Positions 57,979 through 64,000 of a stretch of 64,000 nt of DNA are shown piece by piece. This DNA is from Alphaproteobacteria bacterium (GTDB lineage Bacteria > Pseudomonadota > Alphaproteobacteria > UBA7985): assembly GCA_965229645.1 (NCBI GenBank), contig OZ245893.1:2335572-2399571 (forward strand), given 5' to 3'. The notes beneath the pieces are model-generated. The model saw nothing but the letters and a program-made list of their open reading frames with translations, had not been told where the DNA came from and ran no database searches. Positions within the stretch are counted from its first letter, which is position 1, and each line of letters begins with the position of its first letter. The position numbers and the translations under genes were made by a program.

Positions 57979-58095
57979 TTGGGCTGAGCGAGCCTAGCGC
58001 GCAAGGTACGACCGCAACCCCCAAAACCCGAAACGCGAAGCGTTTCTGCCGCGAGACACAATGGCCAAAGAAGTGTCCACTGCTAGGGCCGTTTG
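57979..58095 (+). repeat. MITE fragment (module B plus degenerate 3' part), copy 12
   Basis: GGGCTGAGCGAGCCTAGCGCGCAAGGTACGACCGCAACCC...GAAACGCGAAGCGTTTCTGCCGCGAGACAC. Confidence 0.6.
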
Positions 58096-58375
58096 TTTGA
58101 CAACCAATCAGCCAATTCAATACAGCTGATTTCTTCCAATTTGATTAAGCAAAATTAGTTATACCCTGAGACCTCAGCATAATTCGATTTCAAATCTCAT
58201 AGCTACAATATATCGGGCCAATTAAAGCGAATAGATACTACATATTGCGGTCAGTTTTTGGGTCTTTGATTTGTGCTGAGGTCTCACCCTATATTGGGGC
58301 TCGGCTTTTCTCCTTAAGGCATGATTATTTTAGGGGGGCGCAACTAAGCAAGCGCGAATTCCCCTAGTTGAATTT

Positions 58376-59281
58376 TCAGATCTCTTTCAGATAGGCCTCT
58401 AACCGTGCTGTAAAGTCGAGCAGGTCCACCCTATTTTGCTCGATTTTACGAGACCACAGTGCAATGTCGCGACGGATTGAGGGGAACTCAGACTGGACAA
58501 TTTTTGCGGTGCCTAAGTCACCGAACAAACCGATTAGGTTTTTGGGAAGGGCCATGAGGGCATCTGTTGTCCGCAACAGATGCATCGGGATCATGAGGTC
58601 TCCTGAGATGGAGATATTTTGGATTTTGGGTTCTATTCCTAGAAACTGGAATATTTCTGTTTCGGTCCCGTGGATGCCCGCGCGTGCGCCTGCGATCACC
58701 CATCTAGCTTGTTCCAATTTATCCTTGGTAGCGATCACGCCGTCTTGTGCGAGTTCCGATTTTGCGCCCGCGACAATCACCAACTCATCGGGGAAAACTA
58801 TATGCTGTACCAGGCTTTCTTCGTGAAGCCGCAATTGGGCTGGGGCAAGCGCTATGTCCAGCTGATGATCGATGAGCTTATCGATCAGGGGGGCCGCTGA
58901 GGTGCATTGAATTCGCAGGGCGTAGGGCCAATTTTGTTCAAGAGAGGCCTTGATCAAATTGGGCATAAAACTTGCTGCGAGTAGGGGACCAACACCCACA
59001 CGGAGTTCTGATGTGAGACCTTCGCGCCATTGGCGAATTGCCTCATCTGCCGCTTCTGCCTCTGTTAGAACGGCGCGGCCGCGCTCTGCGAGGAGTTCCC
59101 CCACATCGGTCGCGACAACACCATGGCTTGTGCGCACGAGAACGGGGGCGCCGACCCGATCCTCAATGATCCGTATGTTTCTGCTAAGAGTTGGCTGAGT
59201 TACGTTAAGTCGTTGCGCGGCCGAGTTGAGCGAGCCCAGGTCGATAGCCAGGGCTAGGTGGGAGAGAAGGCGAGGGTCCAT
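58376..59281 (-). CDS. LysR-family transcriptional regulator
   Basis: HTH LNSAAQRLNVTQPTLSRNIRIIE; GC about 50%. Confidence 0.8.
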   Translation of the reverse strand: MDPRLLSHLALAIDLGSLNSAAQRLNVTQPTLSRNIRIIEDRVGAPVLVRTSHGVVATDVGELLAERGRAVLTEAEAADEAIRQWREGLTSELRVGVGPLLAASFMPNLIKASLEQNWPYALRIQCTSAAPLIDKLIDHQLDIALAPAQLRLHEESLVQHIVFPDELVIVAGAKSELAQDGVIATKDKLEQARWVIAGARAGIHGTETEIFQFLGIEPKIQNISISGDLMIPMHLLRTTDALMALPKNLIGLFGDLGTAKIVQSEFPSIRRDIALWSRKIEQNRVDLLDFTARLEAYLKEI

Positions 59282-59376
59282 GGATATACAAATATTTATA
59301 GCAAATGCAGAAATTCTGATTTTATTTTGAAGGCAGAATTTTGCAAGAGGGGGGTTTCTACAAATGGGAGTACAAC

Positions 59377-60375
59377 ATGAATTTCTTTAGAAGGGCCGCA
59401 CTTGTTGCTGCCGTTACCACCGCGTCCATCTCGGGCGCCTATGCTGAAACCCTGAAGGCGGAGGGCGGCTCTGCGGCGGGTCTGAGCGCGCTCATTCCCC
59501 AACTGTTGTCAAACTATGCTTCTGACAATCACGAAATCCGCGTGAACGTCGACCAAACGCTGACGCGCGCGGCGTTGAAAGTTGCGACAGGCGCAATTGA
59601 TTTGGCAAGCACACCCGCTGGCGCTTTTGCGAAAATGCAGGTGGGGAAAGGCCCTTACAAGGACCTTGGTCAGGAAGCCATAGATGCCTCTGCCAATATC
59701 CGCTCACTCTTTTCCTTTGCGGGTGGTCATGTCCATGTGATGGTTCGTGCTGACAGCGGGATTGAGAGCTGGGAAGATATTCGCGGCAAGCGTGTCTTTG
59801 TAGGCCCACCTGCGGGCTCTTTTTCTGGTCAAACCGCTGCCCTGATCCGCGCTGTAACAGGCATGGAGCCCAATGAAGACTACGAAGCGATCAAGCTCGC
59901 TTGGGGCGCGGCAAGTCAAGCTTTTGAGGATGGACGGTTCGATGTGTTCATGCGTTCGGGCACCATGGGCTCTGCTGCAGTTGATCAATACGGCGCGGCC
60001 AGTCAGTTCCGCCTGCTGGGTGTTCCCGAGGGGCTGATTGGCACTGCAGCTTGGAATACTTACCTCTCCACACCTGGCTACGCAGCAGATGTACTGCCCG
60101 CTGGCACTTACTCCAACCAATCCAACAACGACGAGGATCTGCTGGTCTCCGCCTACGTGATGTTCGTAAGTGTTCACCAAGACATGGAGGAGCAAACCGC
60201 CTACGATCTAACACGTGCCATGTTTGAGAACATTGACGATGCGCATTCTGTGAATGCTGGTTTGGCACCGCTAAGAGTCGATAACGCATTCGTCTCACTA
60301 GCAGCACCTTTGCATCCTGGTGCGATCCGCTACTACGAAGAGGTCGGCGTACCTGTTCCCGACCATCTTCGCTAG
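59377..60375 (+). CDS. TAXI-family TRAP transporter solute receptor
   Basis: Signal peptide MNFFRRAALVAAVTTASISGAYA; TAXI (Imp/TRAP solute-receptor) family fold. Confidence 0.8.
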   Translation: MNFFRRAALVAAVTTASISGAYAETLKAEGGSAAGLSALIPQLLSNYASDNHEIRVNVDQTLTRAALKVATGAIDLASTPAGAFAKMQVGKGPYKDLGQEAIDASANIRSLFSFAGGHVHVMVRADSGIESWEDIRGKRVFVGPPAGSFSGQTAALIRAVTGMEPNEDYEAIKLAWGAASQAFEDGRFDVFMRSGTMGSAAVDQYGAASQFRLLGVPEGLIGTAAWNTYLSTPGYAADVLPAGTYSNQSNNDEDLLVSAYVMFVSVHQDMEEQTAYDLTRAMFENIDDAHSVNAGLAPLRVDNAFVSLAAPLHPGAIRYYEEVGVPVPDHLR

Positions 60376-60387
60376 TTGTTCGCAAAT

Positions 60388-60423
60388 GTGAGGCGGGCTG
60401 ACGTGCTCGCCTCATCTGTTTTC
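60388..60423 (+). terminator. Candidate intrinsic terminator/attenuator between TAXI receptor and permease genes
   Basis: GTGAGGCG-12 nt-CGCCTCA then TCTGTTTTC. Confidence 0.35.
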
Positions 60424-60452
60424 ATGCGCCCCTAAGCACGTAAGAGGCGATC

Positions 60453-62372
60453 ATGGCGTCAAGAGCCAACTCGGTTAAGAGCCATATTTTACTAATTGTT
60501 GGGTTTGGATTTGCCCTGTTCGGCTATTTGAATGTGGTGCCTGATTTTGGACCCCTGCCGTCCATTGGGGTCATCCGCGCCGTAATCTTGCACCCGGCGA
60601 TGTTTGCCATCGGGCTCACGATTGCCTTTCTTTACATTTCCGAATTCTCTTTGAAACCAAAGGACTTAGGGCTTACCCTATTCAATGCTGCCTTGGTGCT
60701 CATCGGATTCTATGCCCTCTGGTCCTTCAATGTCGCAGTGTCTCGGCTTGAGAATGTCGGCCTCTTCTTTTTCAAAGAGTCCCATGCTTGGACTGCAATC
60801 GTTGGCTGCTGTGTTATTCTTTACTTCTGTTGGCGCATATGGGGCGTGCCGCTCGCCGTTGTGGGCCTAACGGCCTTGCTCTATTTCTTTTTTGGTCAAC
60901 ATCTACCTGGAATTTTGGGCCATGCAGGCATGGACTTTGTCCAGGATACGCCTGCGGAGCTTTGGTTCAATACGGGCGACGGTGTTATGGGCAACATTCT
61001 GGCCATTTTGATCAACACCGTCTTTCCCTTCATTATTATGGGCGCGGTTCTCGAAGGGACAGGTGGCGGCTCGTCGATGATTAAGTTGAGCTTCCATGCC
61101 ATGCGGCGATTTCGGGGCGGACCAGCCCACGCGGCCATCATGGCCTCATCGCTCTTTGGTACCATATCAGGATCGGCTGTTTCCAATGTGGTTGGCACGG
61201 GTGTGATCACCATCCCCATGATTAAGCGGCGCGGCTTTCGCCCCACCTTTGCGGGCGGGGTAGAGGCCACAGCCTCCACAGGGGGTCAAGTTATGCCGCC
61301 GATCATGGGCGCTGCGGCGCTTGTGATGGCTGACTTTATTTCCGTACCTTATCTGACGATCATTGTTGCGGCCCTTATTCCTGCGCTGGCCTACTACGCG
61401 TCGCTCTTTACCACCGTCGTTTTTGAAAGTCGTTCGCTGGGGGTTGAGGTTGCCACGGACGAAGACCTCGAGCCAATCACCGCACAAGATTGGATCAACT
61501 TGATCCTGGTTGTGGTTCCGATCTCTATCGTTGTTATTTCCCTCATGTCAGGGTTCTCCGCCGCTGGCTCTGCTATGATCGCGCTGACGGTCTTGCTATT
61601 CCTGAGCTTCCTCAACCCCGCCATGCGCAAGCACCCTCTGCTGGTGGCGCAGAGCTTTGCCAAGGGCGGGGTGACCTTTGGTCGGTTGCTGATGGCAATT
61701 GGGACAGTCAGCCTTATTATTTCTGTTCTCGGCGCAACGGGCCTGCCTTTGGAATTTGCTAAGGTGATCAGCGGTAGCGCAGGAAATAACCTGTTGCTGG
61801 CACTTATTTTTGCGGCCTTAGCAGCGCTGGTGCTGGGTATGGGGATGCCGACCCTTCCCGCTTATCTAACCATTGTTATTATCTTAGGGCCTTCGTTGAC
61901 AGGCCTGGGTCTTACCCAGCTGAATGCGCACTTCTTCATCTTCTATTTTGGGGTCGCCTCTGCAATCACGCCACCCGTTGCCATGGCCGCCTTTGCCGCA
62001 GCGTCTATTTCCGGCGGCGGAGCCATTGCTACGGCTGCGCAGGCAACGCGCATCGGCATTGTGATCTTCGCCATTCCCTTCGTTTTTGCCTTCAATCCGA
62101 TCATGCTGCTGGTGCGCGATGGCGGCGCAGAATTTGCCCTTTTGCCGCTTCTTTATCTCGTCGCTCGACTTGGTCTGCTAATCTATATGCTTGCCTCCGC
62201 TGCTGCCTTGTTCGACAAGCGCAGAATGCCAATCTGGGAAGCTATGTTGCGTGCTGTGGTTGGCTTGTTGCTAATCCATCCTGATCCAGGGATCAGTGGC
62301 GGCGCGATGGCGGCGAGCCTCGGCCTGGTCGCCTTGCACTATCGAGGTGTTCTGGGACGGTCCGACGCATGA
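60453..62372 (+). CDS. TRAP transporter fused permease (TAXI-type, DctQ/DctM fusion)
   Basis: 639 aa with about 16-18 hydrophobic segments; follows the TAXI receptor. Confidence 0.85.
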   Translation: MASRANSVKSHILLIVGFGFALFGYLNVVPDFGPLPSIGVIRAVILHPAMFAIGLTIAFLYISEFSLKPKDLGLTLFNAALVLIGFYALWSFNVAVSRLENVGLFFFKESHAWTAIVGCCVILYFCWRIWGVPLAVVGLTALLYFFFGQHLPGILGHAGMDFVQDTPAELWFNTGDGVMGNILAILINTVFPFIIMGAVLEGTGGGSSMIKLSFHAMRRFRGGPAHAAIMASSLFGTISGSAVSNVVGTGVITIPMIKRRGFRPTFAGGVEATASTGGQVMPPIMGAAALVMADFISVPYLTIIVAALIPALAYYASLFTTVVFESRSLGVEVATDEDLEPITAQDWINLILVVVPISIVVISLMSGFSAAGSAMIALTVLLFLSFLNPAMRKHPLLVAQSFAKGGVTFGRLLMAIGTVSLIISVLGATGLPLEFAKVISGSAGNNLLLALIFAALAALVLGMGMPTLPAYLTIVIILGPSLTGLGLTQLNAHFFIFYFGVASAITPPVAMAAFAAASISGGGAIATAAQATRIGIVIFAIPFVFAFNPIMLLVRDGGAEFALLPLLYLVARLGLLIYMLASAAALFDKRRMPIWEAMLRAVVGLLLIHPDPGISGGAMAASLGLVALHYRGVLGRSDA

Positions 62373-63937
62373 ACAAGAAGCCCAATGTCCTGCTTATCAT
62401 GACCGATCAGCATCGCGCGGATTGGCTCGGCTGCGCGGGCCATCCCGTGGTCAAGACGCCGAACATTGACGCGCTGGCCGCGCGGGGCACGAGGTTCACG
62501 AATTTTCATGTGACTTCTCCCGTCTGCATGCCCAATCGGGGTGCCATCTTTACGGGTCGCTACCCTTCGGTAAACGGTCTTCGGCACAACGGTCTTCCCC
62601 TGCCAGCCGATGCCAATACCTTTGTCGATGTGTTGCGCGCAGAAGGGTATCATACCGCCTCCATCGGAAAGAGCCACCTGCAACCTTTTACCAGTCGTCC
62701 GCTCGTGCGGGTGGATGAAGCTTATGTAGCAAACCCCCAGGTGCCAGAGGCCCGAAAGTCAGACGGGGTTGCTTACGAAAATGAGCAGCCAGACACCTAT
62801 GCGGCAGGTGGGGAGTACGAAGTCAAAACGCCCTACTATGGGTTTGAACAAGTCCGTATGGTCACGGATCATGGTGATGCTTGTGGGGGGCACTATCTCC
62901 AGTGGCTGAAACGTCAAACCAATGCGTGGGCTTGCTTAAGGGATCGACGCAGCCAACTCCCGCATGACTACGCTAATCCGCAGGCGTTTCGCACCCGCAT
63001 TCCCGAAGAACTTTATCCAACGACGTACATTCGCGATGAAGCAGAGGCTTATCTCAAATCCCGCGCGGGACAGGAAGAGCCCTTCTTCGCATTCGTTTCG
63101 TTCCCCGACCCCCACCATCCGTTCACCCCGCCGGGAAAGTACTGGGACATGTACGACCCTAAGGATTTTGCGATCGATCTGCCCTATGAGGCGCACAAAA
63201 ATCCGCCGCCGCAATTGAAGGCCTGGAAGGAGTTGATGGATCGGGGCGTCGTCCCCCAAAATCAGCAGCAAGCCTTCATGGCTTCTGACCAGCAACTCAA
63301 AGAGGCCATGGCCCTGACCGCGGGCATGATCACCCTGATCGACGATGCCGTGGGTCATATTCTAGGGGCGCTTAAGGACGCGGGGCTTGAGGATGACACG
63401 CTCCTTATCTTCAATTCTGACCATGGCGATTACATGGGGGCTTTTTCTCTGCTTCTTAAAGGTCCTCTGCCCCATGGCTCGGTAAACCGCGTGCCGTTCA
63501 TTTGGGTCGATCCAAAGGCGCGGGGCGAAGCCACGGTCGACGGCTTGGCTACTTCGCTGGACATAGGCCCGAGTATTTTAGCACGCTGCGGCGTTCTGCC
63601 TTACTACGGCATGCATGGGCGATCCTTCCTGCCGCAAATTGAGGGCAGTGAGACCACCCGCGACAAAATCCTGATCGAGCATGAGGAGAATAAGGTTTAC
63701 TCAGGCTTCGACCAACGGCCCATTCTGCGCAATCTGGTCACCGACACCCATCGCTTGACCGTCTATAAGGGCCTTGAGTTTGGTGAGTTGTATGATTTGC
63801 GCAACGATCCAAATGAAACCCACAACCTGTGGGATGAGCCTGCTGCAGCTCAAGATAAGGCCGACCTCATGATTGCCCTGAACCAGGCCATGTTGGATGC
63901 CATCGAACAGGGGCCCTGGCCCAAAAGGTTTGCATGA
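62369..63937 (+). CDS. Cys-type sulfatase (alkaline phosphatase superfamily)
   Basis: LLIMTDQHR and SPVCMPNRGAIFTGRY (C-x-P-x-R formylglycine motif); GTGRYP. Confidence 0.85.
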   Translation: MNKKPNVLLIMTDQHRADWLGCAGHPVVKTPNIDALAARGTRFTNFHVTSPVCMPNRGAIFTGRYPSVNGLRHNGLPLPADANTFVDVLRAEGYHTASIGKSHLQPFTSRPLVRVDEAYVANPQVPEARKSDGVAYENEQPDTYAAGGEYEVKTPYYGFEQVRMVTDHGDACGGHYLQWLKRQTNAWACLRDRRSQLPHDYANPQAFRTRIPEELYPTTYIRDEAEAYLKSRAGQEEPFFAFVSFPDPHHPFTPPGKYWDMYDPKDFAIDLPYEAHKNPPPQLKAWKELMDRGVVPQNQQQAFMASDQQLKEAMALTAGMITLIDDAVGHILGALKDAGLEDDTLLIFNSDHGDYMGAFSLLLKGPLPHGSVNRVPFIWVDPKARGEATVDGLATSLDIGPSILARCGVLPYYGMHGRSFLPQIEGSETTRDKILIEHEENKVYSGFDQRPILRNLVTDTHRLTVYKGLEFGELYDLRNDPNETHNLWDEPAAAQDKADLMIALNQAMLDAIEQGPWPKRFA

Positions 63938-64000
63938 CCCATGACCTAAAGAACTACATTGCGGGGCGCTGGGTCGGGTCCGACAAAGTCTTCGACAAGA
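63934..64000 (+). CDS. Start of an aldehyde dehydrogenase-like ORF; 3' end outside window
   Basis: MTHDLKNYIAGRWVGSDKVFDK resembles an ALDH N-terminus. Confidence 0.35.
   Translation, partial: MTHDLKNYIAGRWVGSDKVFDK

Noticed and set aside
1645-58095. Possibility that the recurring ~200-bp repeats form a CRISPR array.
   Set aside because: Copies are dispersed 1-10 kb apart in both orientations and are separated by genes. The only tandem structure is the 3 x 47 bp internal repeat at 56579-56719, which has no spacers.
57873-58120. Small ORFs next to fic (57873..58100 +, 57938..58120 -) as a candidate antitoxin.
   Set aside because: They overlap the operator repeats and a MITE fragment and have no ribosome-binding site. 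Fic carries its own inhibitory TxxxEG motif, so no partner is required.
1-64000. tRNA, rRNA, tmRNA, SRP RNA or riboswitch candidates in intergenic regions.
   Set aside because: I found no T-loop GGTTCGAATCC-like motifs, no tmRNA tag-like ORFs and no recognisable riboswitch cores. The intergenic space is largely occupied by MITEs.

Overview
This 64 kb window is high-GC (about 65% by eye) chromosomal DNA, most likely from an alphaproteobacterium, with the gene content of a core genome followed by an accessory region.

Coding content, in order:
- Phenylacetate catabolism genes paaX and paaZ (minus strand) facing paaG, paaI, paaK and a TetR-type regulator (plus strand).
- azlCD, an FAD monooxygenase, and the conserved truB-rpsO-pnp cluster, then pyrF and pepF.
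- A secreted endonuclease/exonuclease/phosphatase (EEP) family protein.
- The operon sucA, a small 4-TM membrane ORF, sucB and an Rrf2 regulator (minus strand).
- A family-5 peptide ABC transporter, LysR regulators, and a sugar ABC operon with a SnoaL-like gene.
- An unknown 342-aa protein paired with an Atm1-type ABC exporter.
- maf-aroE-coaE, a homocysteine S-methyltransferase, and an MFS transporter.
- An Lhr-type 'ligase-associated' helicase with PdeM.
- A photolyase, FAD-oxidoreductase, DUF1365 and cfa cluster.
- From about 56.4 kb, a lower-GC island carrying a class-II Fic protein, a LysR regulator, a TAXI-TRAP transporter, a Cys-type sulfatase and the start of an aldehyde dehydrogenase.

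The dominant non-genic signal is a dense family of roughly 200 to 370 bp hairpin-rich MITE-like elements. There are 11 to 13 copies in 64 kb, all intergenic, in both orientations, and built from a short core plus two optional internal modules. Their termini (TAATACCAGCGGCG / CGCCGYTGGTAT) match the terminal inverted repeats of an IS630-family element in this same window (19924-21100). That element's transposase is split by an A8 slippery run, and it is a candidate autonomous partner for the MITEs.

A low-GC IS4-family element with 18-bp terminal inverted repeats has inserted exactly at the junction of a MITE copy and the IS630 element, creating a nested mobile-DNA hotspot.

Several MITE copies have been recruited into genes:
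- The EEP gene's start codon and signal peptide lie inside a MITE. A compensatory double mutation in a MITE hairpin created the ATG.
- The maf start codon and its first five codons are MITE-derived.
- The coaE stop and its last 8 codons are MITE-derived.

Other sequence features:
- The fic gene has two tandem palindromic operators (TGAGGAATA-N11/12-TATTCCTCA), one overlapping its start.
- A 15-mer, GACCTATTGACCGAC, occurs at two paa-linked sites.
- One MITE copy contains a 3 x 47 bp tandem repeat.

I found no CRISPR array and no obvious tRNA or rRNA gene.
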